Origin: an uncultured Gammaproteobacteria bacterium
GTDB taxonomy: Bacteria; Patescibacteriota; Patescibacteriia; UBA9934; GWF2-40-263
Length of the DNA stretch: 48,934 nucleotides
Direction of reading: 5' to 3'
NCBI GenBank assembly: GCA_964616135.1
Contig: CAZTTQ010000003.1
Coordinates: 1-48,934, forward strand
The translations under genes and the position numbers were made by a program. Positions 1-10,297 of the stretch are shown here, one piece after another. Position 1 is the first letter of the stretch. Every line of letters begins with the position of its first letter. The notes under the pieces were generated by a model that saw nothing but the letters and a program-made list of their open reading frames with translations, searched no databases and was not told where the DNA came from.

Positions 1-2052
<2,052 letters not shown>

Positions 2053-2093
2053 AAAAGCGCCCGCTCCCGAAGTCCCGGGGCGGGCGTTGGCGT
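2053..2093. terminator. Bidirectional hairpin terminator shared by convergent uvrA and nucleotidyltransferase genes
   Basis: CGCCCGC (2058-2064) pairs with GCGGGCG (2080-2086). An A-run lies on the left and T-rich sequence on the right, so it reads as stem plus U-tract on both strands. Confidence 0.6.
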
Positions 2094-2951
2094 TTAGGGG
2101 AAGAGGGCGTCGCAGGCCTTGTAGAACTGCCAGGCCTGGCGCGCGAGGTCTCCCCAGAGCTTGTCGAGCGACGACTCGTAGTCGTGGACGCTCTTGAATT
2201 CCTTGCGGAGCCGCTCGGAACCGTGAAGCTTGAACGGCGCCGCGAACAGGCGGCTCCCGTACGCGCGGTTCAGCTCCACGCCGTGCGTGAGCGCCTCGAT
2301 CGCGTCCGGCGCGTCGTGCGCTTCGGCTACCTCGCCGAAGGCGGCGAGGAGTCCCGTGCGGTCCGTGTGCATGACGTCGGTCATGGCGTGCGTGATCTTG
2401 CGCGCCAGATGCACCGGACCGTCCGCGGCCTGCGCCAGCGCGCGGAGGCGCTCGGACGGCGGCATCGCGCGCCAGCGGTGCATCCGCTGCTGCAGGCGGT
2501 TGCGCTGCAGGCCGCGGTATTCCGCCGCCTCGGCCAGGGTGTCGGCAGGGGGTGCGGTGAGGAACGTCCACGGATCCTTGTCTCCCGCGATGAGGCGCGC
2601 TTCCCGCAGATGCGCGTAGAGTCCCGGGCCGATGCTGTTGCCGGGCCGGCGCGCCTCGTCCGCGTCCAGGACGATCATCTGGAGCGGGACGTGCCGGCGG
2701 GCGGCTTCGGTATACAGATTGGCCAAGCGGCCCGTGTGGAGGCGCAGGCCGGCTCCCTCCTTGGCGATGATGATCACGTCCAGGTCGCTGCGGGCCGTGT
2801 GGAGGCCCAGGCCGACGGAGCCGAACACGGCTGCCGACACGGCCTCACCACCGCCCAGTTCCTCTGCCAACGTCCGTTCGACCTGGTGGAATGCCTCGGC
2901 GGTGGGAACCGCACTCTCGAACACGTCTTCGCCGCTGAAAAACCGTCCCAT
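2094..2951 (-). CDS. Pol-beta-superfamily nucleotidyltransferase with helical C-terminal half (function unknown)
   Basis: Start placed at ATG 2951 (MGRFFSGEDV...) with GAGG 6 nt upstream. NTase motif FGSVGLGLHTARSDLDVIIIA, ~180-aa helical C-terminal region, own promoter and terminator. Confidence 0.65.
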   Translation of the reverse strand: MGRFFSGEDVFESAVPTAEAFHQVERTLAEELGGGEAVSAAVFGSVGLGLHTARSDLDVIIIAKEGAGLRLHTGRLANLYTEAARRHVPLQMIVLDADEARRPGNSIGPGLYAHLREARLIAGDKDPWTFLTAPPADTLAEAAEYRGLQRNRLQQRMHRWRAMPPSERLRALAQAADGPVHLARKITHAMTDVMHTDRTGLLAAFGEVAEAHDAPDAIEALTHGVELNRAYGSRLFAAPFKLHGSERLRKEFKSVHDYESSLDKLWGDLARQAWQFYKACDALFP

Positions 2952-2985
2952 GGGACACCTCGTTGTGCCACCGTGGCACGGCCGG

Positions 2986-3014
2986 AACCTAGCGCGTTTT
3001 GGTCCGCGTGTCAA
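2986..3014 (-). promoter_or_regulatory. TTGACA-N17-TAGGTT promoter for the nucleotidyltransferase gene
   Basis: The reverse complement of 2986-3014 reads TTGACA cgcggaccaaaacgcgc TAGGTT. It has correct orientation about 35 nt upstream of ATG 2951. It is one of five exact copies of this motif class in the window. Confidence 0.55.
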
Positions 3015-3020
3015 CGTACA

Positions 3021-3053
3021 GACTCCCTCCAACTCCCTCTTGAAAAGAGGGAG
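3021..3053 (-). repeat. Palindromic repeat element, copy A (intergenic, inverted orientation)
   Basis: GACTCCCTCC aa CTCCCTCTT-gaa-AAGAGGGAG. This is a 9-bp perfect stem plus the flank that is the reverse complement of GGAGGGAGTC seen in copies C and D. Confidence 0.7.
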
Positions 3054-3071
3054 AGGCGCGGGGACCGGCGA

Positions 3072-3105
3072 CCCCCTCTTTACAAGAGGGGGAAACGGGG
3101 GAGTG
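3072..3105 (+). repeat. Palindromic repeat element, copy B (intergenic)
   Basis: CCCCCTCTT-tac-AAGAGGGGG aaac GGGGGAGTG. The stem is identical to the murB copy (16178-16198). Confidence 0.7.
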
Positions 3106-3108
3106 CGC

Positions 3109-3136
3109 AAAAAGACCGGCCTTAGCCGGTCTTTTT
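3109..3136 (-). terminator. folD intrinsic terminator with the stop codon in the loop
   Basis: AAAAAGACCGGC-cTTAg-GCCGGTCTTTTT. The 7-bp GC stem is flanked by A5 and T5. The TAA stop of folD (3122-3124, minus strand) lies in the loop. Confidence 0.75.
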
Positions 3137-3958
3137 CTTAAGCTCGCGCGCTTTGAGTACGTTCAGCAGCAGGTACGCCACGGTGAGCGGGCCGCTGCCG
3201 CCCGGGACGGGAGACACCCACCCGGCGACCGGATCCACGGACGAACGGTCCACGTCGCCCATGACGCTCTTGCCGGATTTGGTCGTGCCAACGTCGATCA
3301 CAACGGCACCGGGCTTCAGCAACTGGGCGGTAATGAGACCCGGACGTCCGACTGCCGTGACCAAGACGTCTGCTGTACGGCATCGTTCTACCAGGTGCGG
3401 CGCATGCGGCGAGACGATCTCTGATACCATCCCGCGTTCCTTCAGCAGGGAAGCGAGCGGGGAGGAAAACAATTCACTACCGACTAAGACGGCTTTTTTC
3501 CCCGTTACATTCTGCCCCGTGGCCTCAATCAGCTTCATGACGCCCAAGTGGACGGGCGGGGCCAAGCACGGTTTGCCCGCGGCGCAGGCGGCGGCGTTGT
3601 CTGGATGGAACCCGTCGATGTCCTTGGCGGGATCAATGGCCGGGATAATGCGGTTCGGATCCTGCGTGGGCAGGGGAAGCTGGACCAAGATGCCGTCCAC
3701 GTCGGCACGGGCGTTCAGTTCGTCGATTTTTTCAAGCAACACGTGTTCCCCAATGTCCGCGGCATAGGAGAACTGTTCAAAATGGATCCCCGCCTCCTCA
3801 CACGCACGTTTTTTTAAACCGACGTACACGTGGGAGGCCGGATCGTCTCCAACCAGCAGGACGGCCAGACCGAGCGGTGGGGATAACTTGGCTGCGCGGT
3901 CGCGGACCTTCTCCCGGATGGCTGCGGCGAGAGAGGTTCCGTTCAAGACGATTGCCAT
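3122..3958 (-). CDS. folD: Bifunctional methylenetetrahydrofolate dehydrogenase/cyclohydrolase FolD
   Basis: Start at ATG 3958 (MAIVLNGTSLAAAIREKV...). Motifs typical of FolD: VLLVGDDPASHVYV, DGILVQLPLP, DGFHP, VVIDVG, PVPGGSGPLTVA. Confidence 0.93.
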   Translation of the reverse strand: MAIVLNGTSLAAAIREKVRDRAAKLSPPLGLAVLLVGDDPASHVYVGLKKRACEEAGIHFEQFSYAADIGEHVLLEKIDELNARADVDGILVQLPLPTQDPNRIIPAIDPAKDIDGFHPDNAAACAAGKPCLAPPVHLGVMKLIEATGQNVTGKKAVLVGSELFSSPLASLLKERGMVSEIVSPHAPHLVERCRTADVLVTAVGRPGLITAQLLKPGAVVIDVGTTKSGKSVMGDVDRSSVDPVAGWVSPVPGGSGPLTVAYLLLNVLKARELKKKTG

Positions 3959-4003
3959 AATGGGCCTATCCTGACAGGGAAAATCGAAAAGATCAAGCGG
4001 GAG

Positions 4004-4012
4004 TGGTATACT
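4004..4012 (+). promoter_or_regulatory. Extended -10 promoter element (TGGTATACT) upstream of the giant gene
   Basis: TGn+TATACT lies 27 nt upstream of ATG 4040. The same TGGTAyAnT form recurs at 31548-31556. No good -35 is present. Confidence 0.4.
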
Positions 4013-4039
4013 GTTTCCGTACCGCAAACAATCCCGTCC

Positions 4040-7000
4040 ATGAGGAGGTTCAGGGACATATTGAACACGCTCCGCACCATCATCACCGGGTGGTTGCTTT
4101 TCTCGTTGATGTGGGGAAACGGCGGGTTGCAGGCCGTGTTGTCCGTACCGACGGCCAAAGCTGCCGGGGAGTTCTCCGTAAAGACCGGCTATTACGTAGG
4201 AACTGGTACCACGTTGGCCATAACAGGGCTCGGGTTCCAGCCGGAGGTCGTCATGGTGAAGGCGGAGTCCTCCGCCGGTAACTGGATGTTCAAAACGTCG
4301 GCCATGCCGACTTCCGTCACTGCATATCTGGGTGCTTCGACGTCAGATAATGCTGAATCGGAAATTACCTTCACGTCGGATGGATTCACGCTGTCCCCCG
4401 CCTTGGAAGTGAACACGGTCAACGTCCGGTTCCTCTACATGGCATTCTACGGGTACATGTGTGTGGGAAGTTACACAGGGAACGGTTCTTCCAACCAGGC
4501 GATCTCAAGTGTTGGGTTCCAACCCGATTTGGTCATGGTCCGTAGATCCATTGCGTCGAGCGTCGTGTTCCGTACTTCGGACATGAGCACGAACCATGCG
4601 GCGTTCATTGATTCTGCTTCAGCAAACAACACGACGGGGGTTTATTTTCAGACCTTGAATGCAACTGGATTTACTGTAGGATCCACAGTTAACGTCAACG
4701 CGGGCTCGTATTATTTCCTCGCATTTAAAAACCTGGCAAATAAGTTCAAGGTCGGCACTTTTACCGGGGACGGAACGGACAACCGTAACATTACCGGAGT
4801 GGGATTCTTACCTGATTTCGTCTTCATTAAGCAGAACTCGGCGATCGTTGGGGCCTTCCTCCAGACGGAGTCTTGGGGAGACGCTTCCGTGCTCCCCAAC
4901 TTGAGCTTTCCCGTCGTAAACCACATTCAGTCGTTGCTAGCGGACGGGTTCCAAGTGGGATCCGGCAACAGCGTGAACGTGGTAGGTGTAGCAAGTTACT
5001 ATTTTGCCTTTGGCGGCGCGCCGGATCCGGTCACGTCCGGTAGTTTTTACATGGCCCGCGGATCCTATACCGGCAACGGGACGTCCCAAAGCATTGATAC
5101 GACGTTCCGGCCGGATTTGGTGATGATAAAAGGGAACACCATCCAATACGCCGTCTGGGCCACCAGTCTGGAGCGTGACAATACGCACTATTTTGCGACG
5201 ACGACGCCGTTCACGACAGGCATCACCTCTCTGAATGCCACAAGCTTTTCCGTGGGCGCGCACGCGACCGTGAACTCAAACCTACTGACGTACGAATGGA
5301 TGGCATTCGGAAACGCCACTACTCCGCAACGCGGTGGGGGATCCGCGGAGTTCGTGATCGGTGCGTTTACAGGGACAGGTCTCGCGCGTAGCATTACCAA
5401 TTTGGGGATGGCGCCGGACATGGTCACGGTCAGCCGTAATGGTGCGTCGACTCCCGTTTGGAAAACATCGGCGCCAACCACCGCGGCCGGGACATCCTTG
5501 TATTTTGTTAACACGGCAGATGATGCAACGGCAACACTGATCAACACACTGACGTCGAATGGTTTTACGGTGGGAACCGGTGCCACAGTAAACACGGCCA
5601 ACGCAGTCAACGTATTCTTTGGCTTTAAGGAAGGAGCTAACTTTGACGTCGGTACGTATACGGGAGACGGCGTGGCGGGACGCGATGTGACAGGTCTGGG
5701 GTTTGATCCCGATTTGGTGTGGGTGAAGCGCAGTACGGCGGTTGGTGGCGTTCTTCGCTCCACGTCTTCAACCATCACTGGGACGAACGCCCAATACTTT
5801 CAAAACTTGGCCAACGCGGGCAGCCTCATTACCGGGTTCATTACGGGTGGGTTTGAAGTGGGGACGGCCTCGGAAGTGAACGCAGCCGCGGGTGTCTACC
5901 GCTATGCCGCATGGAATGCCACCACCACGGCCAATCCGCCGAATACCCCCACCAACTCCAGTCCCGCCAATGCGGCAACAGCACAGGATCTAAACCCGAC
6001 ACTCACGGGCTCCGCCTATTCTGACACGGACGGGGACACCCACGCGGCCACGTATTGGGAAGTAGATGACGACTCAAACTTTACTCACCCAGCATGGACG
6101 CGGACGTCTGTGACGGGGGAGACGAGCATTGTGGTGAACACGACCAATGGGACCTTTGCGAACGAGTCGGCGGGAAAAACGGAATTGGACCACAACACCA
6201 CCTACTATTGGCGCGTCAAATATTCGGACGGCGTCTATTCTCCGTTGTCGACCGCCACGTCCTTTACGACCAACGCCATCGTCACGCCGACAAACTCCAG
6301 TCCGGCAGCGGACGCGACGGTGACCAGCCTGACCCCCACACTCACCGCGTCTGCGTTCTCGGATCCGCAGGCAGGCCATACGTCCGCCAGCGCCCAGTGG
6401 CAGATCAGCACGGTCAGCGACTTTTCGACCACCGTGTATGACTCCGGAACAGTCAGTTACACTGCCTCGTTGGCGGTGCCGAGCGCCGTGCTTGCCGATC
6501 GCACCTCCTATTACTGGCGCGTGCGATACAAGGACTCCTCCGACTTTTGGTCGAGCTGGTCCACGGCCACGCGTTTTGCCACCAACGTATCCGTCGTGTC
6601 AGTGACGGGCTTGATCGGTTCTCCGGTTGTCGACCAGGGAGACACCTTGAAAATAGACGCCCGCGTCGCCCTGACCAACGGGACGGCCATCAACGACGCG
6701 ACGGTAACGGTGAATATTTACAACCCTTCCGGGACTAAGGTCGTAGACGCGGCCTCCATGACCTACCTGACGGGTTCCAACGGCGTGTACCGGTATTCCT
6801 ATACGGTTCCCGCTACCAGCGGCAGCTATCTCTATGAGGCGACGGCAGTCAGTAACAGCGTGACGGGTTACGGGGCGGGGAACTTTGAGGTGCGGACCCT
6901 GCAGGCGAACGTGAGCACGATCTCGTCAAACCTCACCTCGTTGTCATCGACGGTTTCCACCATCGCCTCCGACGTCGCAGACATAAAGACGGACGTCGCG

Positions 7001-10000
7001 ACGCTGATCACCCAAATCGGCACCGGCAACATTTCAGCCATCAAGACGGCTACGGACACCATCAACTGGGCAAACGTAACGACAATTGTCTCCAACACGG
7101 GTGCCATCCAGGCTAAAACCGACACGATTGATTGGACGGACGTCGCCGCCATCAAGACCAAGACAGACACCATCGCCTGGGCGGACATCACGGATATCCA
7201 ATCCAAGGTTGATACTCTGGTGACCCAGATCGGTACCGGTAATATTTCAGCCATCAAGACTGCCACGGATACCATTGCTTGGACCGACGTGACCAGCATC
7301 CTCACGGATACGGGGATTATCAAAGCAAAGACGAACACCATCGACTGGACGGACGTCGCTGCTATCAAGACCAAGACGGATACCATCCTCTGGACCGATG
7401 TGACGGGTGTCCGTTCCGTCGTTGATACGCTGGCTTCGGAAATCGGCACTGGCAACATCTCGGCCATTAAGACCAAGACGGACACGGTTGATTGGACCGA
7501 CGTGACGGGGGTCGTGACGGACACGGGGCTGATCAGAGCCAAGACCGACACTATTGATTGGAGTAACGTCACGGCCATCAAGACCAAGACGGATACGATC
7601 AATTGGGCCGACGTCACGGACATTCAGTCGAATGCGGATACGTTGGTGACGGAAATCGGCACGGGCCGCATTTCGGCCATCAAGACGTCTACGGACACGA
7701 TTGACTGGGGCGACGTAACCGGGATCGTGACGGACACGGGCCTCATCAAGGCAAAGACCGACACCATTGATTGGACGAACGTGACGGCGATCAAAACCAA
7801 GACGGATACCATCCTCTGGACTGACGTGACAGGCGTTCGTTCCGTCGTGGACGACCTCGCAACTGAAATCGGTACCGGAAACATTGCCGCCATTAAGACC
7901 AAAACGGATACCATCAATTGGGCGAACGTAACCGGGATCGTGACGGACACGGGCCTCATCAAGGCAAAGACGGACACCATTGATTGGACGAACGTGACGG
8001 CGATCAAAACCAAGACGGACACCATCGCGTGGGCTGACGTCACGGACATCCAAGCAAAGGCCACCAGTATCCAGGCGAACATGGATATCCTGGTCGGTGC
8101 CATGATCGTGACCCAAGGGACGGTCAGTGATGCGTCCGCGACCACAACCTCGTTTGTCTCCTCGTTGACTAATGCGACGACTAATTTCTACAAGAACGCG
8201 GTCATTACATTCACGTCCGGGGCGTTGGACGGCCAGAACCGCCGCATTTCGGCCTATGATGGCGTCACGAAGGCCATTACCGTAGACCCGGCGCTCACCT
8301 CGGCCCCGGCGAACGGCGCCGGCTTCACCATCATTACCCAGAACGTGCGGGTGGAAGAGCAGATGGTGGACCACGAGGCGTTGGAATCCGCGTTCCGCGC
8401 GGACGTCACCAACCGCCTGACATCCATTGAAACGAAGATCGATACCATCACGTCCACGCTGAACGGCGTGGACACGGACCTGTCCGCGACGCAGGCGGTG
8501 GTAGACAACCTCCGCGCGTCCCAAGTATTGAACAGGGAGGTCGTCCTGTCGGACGTCTCGACCGTCGCCGCTTCCGGGGACTATCACGCGACGTTGACGG
8601 TGCAGGACTATGAATCCGATCCGGTGGCGCCGGACGCCGCTCCGCAAATAACCATTTACGACGCCACGGGTGCCACGGTTCAAGCGGCAACGCCCATGAC
8701 CCTGGCCTCTACGGGCGTGTACACGTTTGACCTGACCCTGGCCTCGGACGCCGTGTCCGGCCTGTGGGAATCCAAGGTCACCGTGGACGTCGGCGGGTCG
8801 TCAGACGTCACGCGCAAGGACTACTTCTACGTGACGGGCGCGCCGGCCCAGGTGCTCATTAACAGCATCTCGGACCTGACGGTTCCGTCCATCGCGGCCG
8901 ACATTACCATCACAAACGAAGGAACGGCCCCGTTCGAATACCCGTACGAATGGTGCGTTGTTTCTTCCGTAAACAACGCCTGCGGGGGAGGGGACGACGT
9001 CTACCACGGGTCCGCGGCGAAACTGATCGCCGTCGGGGAGAACTTCAACACGACGCTCTCGGCGACCGTGCCGACGCCGGGCAACTATTACTTCAAGCTT
9101 GTCGCCTACTTTGGAACGGAAGCGTCCGCGGCCAGCCGGTCGTTCACGGCCGTGGCGGACGGCGTGCCGCCGGAACCTCCGCCGACGTCCGGAGGTGGCG
9201 GCTCCAGCTGGGTCTACACCCCGCCCGTACCGGAACCGACGGCGACGGGAGAAGACCCGACGGGCGACCACGCCATGCTCATGCGTGAGCTGTCGGCCAG
9301 CTCCCTCAAGCTGGAAATGATCCTGGAGTCGTTGTCCATGATCTCGCCGGACGTGAAGCAACTGCTCGTCGTCAACGCGGGTCAGACCAGCAGCCTAAAG
9401 GACATCCAGAACAAGGTTTCGGACCTGCGCGCCGTGTCCACGGCCACGCGCCAGATCGTGGAACGCAAGGCCTCGGAGCCGATCGTCCACAGCTACATGA
9501 AGTTCAACTCGGTGGTCATCAGCTTCCTGATCACCAACCCGACCGGCGTGTCGCAAACCCTCAAGTTCAAGGCGTTCCTGCCGGAAGAAGCCAAACCGGA
9601 ATACGTCATGGACTCGCAGGGGTTGAAAGTGGACTACGACACCGACGCAAAACTGTACTTCGTCTCGGGCGACGTCGTGCTGGGCCCGAGCGAAACGGTG
9701 ACGCGCGACGTCGAACTGAAGGACGTGTGGGTGTTCGACAAGGACGAACTGGGCCAAATCAAGGCGCAAGTCGCCAGCATGCTGCCGGTCCTGTCCGGCA
9801 CGCAGTATGAGGCCCAAGGAATCCTGTTGAAGAACGACGTCGATTCGACGATCGACGCGGTGCTCCGCAAACAGGAAAGCAGCTACACGTCGCCGCAGGA
9901 CCACATCGTCGCGTACCGGGAAAACGTCGACCGCGTCGCGCGCGTGCATGAGGAAGTTTCAAAGATGAAAGACTTGGTCGTGCAGGCGGGGGCGTCCCGC

Positions 10001-10297
10001 AGCGTCGTCGGCCAAGTCGGCGGCATTCAGACGTTTGCCACCTGGGGCATTATCGTCGCCATCGTGTTCGGCTTTGGAATGTTGGCCGCCGTCATCTTCG
10101 CGATGTGGCGCCACCAGACCCTGCTGACGGCCGCCGCGCTTGGCATGAGCAAGGACGACCTGGCGGACTACTTGGGCAAGTCCAAGCGGAAAGCTCTGCC
10201 GCCCGCGCCTAAAAAGCCGAGGATCCGACGCAAAAAGGAAGAACCGGAGCCGATTGACCTGCCGCCTCCGCCGGACGCCGAACCCCCGCCCATGTGA
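4040..10297 (+). CDS. Giant (2085 aa) modular cell-surface protein with N-terminal signal/anchor and C-terminal TM anchor
   Basis: Uninterrupted 6258-nt ORF. Signal-like N-terminus (RRFRD..TIITGWLLFSLMW..AKA/AG). Six ~100-aa modules with G-x-[YF]-x-G-x-G...GF-x-PD-x-V-x-[VI]K. Two FN3-like modules ending YYWRV(K/R)Y, Ig/CARDB-like modules, and a 5 x 71-aa array. C-terminal TM helix WGIIVAIVFGFGMLAAVIFAMW plus a K/P-rich tail. Confidence 0.85.
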   Translation: MRRFRDILNTLRTIITGWLLFSLMWGNGGLQAVLSVPTAKAAGEFSVKTGYYVGTGTTLAITGLGFQPEVVMVKAESSAGNWMFKTSAMPTSVTAYLGASTSDNAESEITFTSDGFTLSPALEVNTVNVRFLYMAFYGYMCVGSYTGNGSSNQAISSVGFQPDLVMVRRSIASSVVFRTSDMSTNHAAFIDSASANNTTGVYFQTLNATGFTVGSTVNVNAGSYYFLAFKNLANKFKVGTFTGDGTDNRNITGVGFLPDFVFIKQNSAIVGAFLQTESWGDASVLPNLSFPVVNHIQSLLADGFQVGSGNSVNVVGVASYYFAFGGAPDPVTSGSFYMARGSYTGNGTSQSIDTTFRPDLVMIKGNTIQYAVWATSLERDNTHYFATTTPFTTGITSLNATSFSVGAHATVNSNLLTYEWMAFGNATTPQRGGGSAEFVIGAFTGTGLARSITNLGMAPDMVTVSRNGASTPVWKTSAPTTAAGTSLYFVNTADDATATLINTLTSNGFTVGTGATVNTANAVNVFFGFKEGANFDVGTYTGDGVAGRDVTGLGFDPDLVWVKRSTAVGGVLRSTSSTITGTNAQYFQNLANAGSLITGFITGGFEVGTASEVNAAAGVYRYAAWNATTTANPPNTPTNSSPANAATAQDLNPTLTGSAYSDTDGDTHAATYWEVDDDSNFTHPAWTRTSVTGETSIVVNTTNGTFANESAGKTELDHNTTYYWRVKYSDGVYSPLSTATSFTTNAIVTPTNSSPAADATVTSLTPTLTASAFSDPQAGHTSASAQWQISTVSDFSTTVYDSGTVSYTASLAVPSAVLADRTSYYWRVRYKDSSDFWSSWSTATRFATNVSVVSVTGLIGSPVVDQGDTLKIDARVALTNGTAINDATVTVNIYNPSGTKVVDAASMTYLTGSNGVYRYSYTVPATSGSYLYEATAVSNSVTGYGAGNFEVRTLQANVSTISSNLTSLSSTVSTIASDVADIKTDVATLITQIGTGNISAIKTATDTINWANVTTIVSNTGAIQAKTDTIDWTDVAAIKTKTDTIAWADITDIQSKVDTLVTQIGTGNISAIKTATDTIAWTDVTSILTDTGIIKAKTNTIDWTDVAAIKTKTDTILWTDVTGVRSVVDTLASEIGTGNISAIKTKTDTVDWTDVTGVVTDTGLIRAKTDTIDWSNVTAIKTKTDTINWADVTDIQSNADTLVTEIGTGRISAIKTSTDTIDWGDVTGIVTDTGLIKAKTDTIDWTNVTAIKTKTDTILWTDVTGVRSVVDDLATEIGTGNIAAIKTKTDTINWANVTGIVTDTGLIKAKTDTIDWTNVTAIKTKTDTIAWADVTDIQAKATSIQANMDILVGAMIVTQGTVSDASATTTSFVSSLTNATTNFYKNAVITFTSGALDGQNRRISAYDGVTKAITVDPALTSAPANGAGFTIITQNVRVEEQMVDHEALESAFRADVTNRLTSIETKIDTITSTLNGVDTDLSATQAVVDNLRASQVLNREVVLSDVSTVAASGDYHATLTVQDYESDPVAPDAAPQITIYDATGATVQAATPMTLASTGVYTFDLTLASDAVSGLWESKVTVDVGGSSDVTRKDYFYVTGAPAQVLINSISDLTVPSIAADITITNEGTAPFEYPYEWCVVSSVNNACGGGDDVYHGSAAKLIAVGENFNTTLSATVPTPGNYYFKLVAYFGTEASAASRSFTAVADGVPPEPPPTSGGGGSSWVYTPPVPEPTATGEDPTGDHAMLMRELSASSLKLEMILESLSMISPDVKQLLVVNAGQTSSLKDIQNKVSDLRAVSTATRQIVERKASEPIVHSYMKFNSVVISFLITNPTGVSQTLKFKAFLPEEAKPEYVMDSQGLKVDYDTDAKLYFVSGDVVLGPSETVTRDVELKDVWVFDKDELGQIKAQVASMLPVLSGTQYEAQGILLKNDVDSTIDAVLRKQESSYTSPQDHIVAYRENVDRVARVHEEVSKMKDLVVQAGASRSVVGQVGGIQTFATWGIIVAIVFGFGMLAAVIFAMWRHQTLLTAAALGMSKDDLADYLGKSKRKALPPAPKKPRIRRKKEEPEPIDLPPPPDAEPPPM
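7004..8068 (+). repeat. In-frame tandem array, 5 units x 213 bp (71 aa), inside the giant gene
   Basis: Unit starts at 7004, 7217, 7430, 7643 and 7856, exactly 213 nt apart. Unit consensus is L(V/I)T(Q/E)IGTGNISAIKT-x-TDTI-x-W-x-(D/N)VT...AKTDTIDW(T/S)(D/N)V(A/T)AIKTKTDTI-x-W-x-DVT. Units alternate A-B-A-B-A in their last ~15 aa (..W(A)D(I/V)TDIQ(S/A).. versus ..LWTDVTGVRSVVD..). Confidence 0.9.

Noticed and set aside
2094-2951. Possibility that the nucleotidyltransferase is a CBASS-type cGAS/DncV-like cyclase or the MNT half of a HEPN-MNT toxin-antitoxin pair.
   Set aside because: It is monocistronic, with its own promoter and a bidirectional terminator, and has no adjacent effector, HEPN or ancillary gene. 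The GS-x9-D-x-D motif alone is common to all Pol-beta NTases.
2952-3110. Longer version of the nucleotidyltransferase ORF starting at 3110.
   Set aside because: The extra 53 codons translate the palindromic repeat elements and the promoter. ATG 2951 has an SD and sits downstream of the TTGACA-N17-TAGGTT promoter.
7004-8068. Regular 213-bp repeats that could superficially suggest a CRISPR-like or satellite array.
   Set aside because: There is no repeat-spacer alternation. The units are contiguous, in frame within a 6.2-kb ORF, and conserved at the peptide level rather than the DNA level. No cas genes are present.
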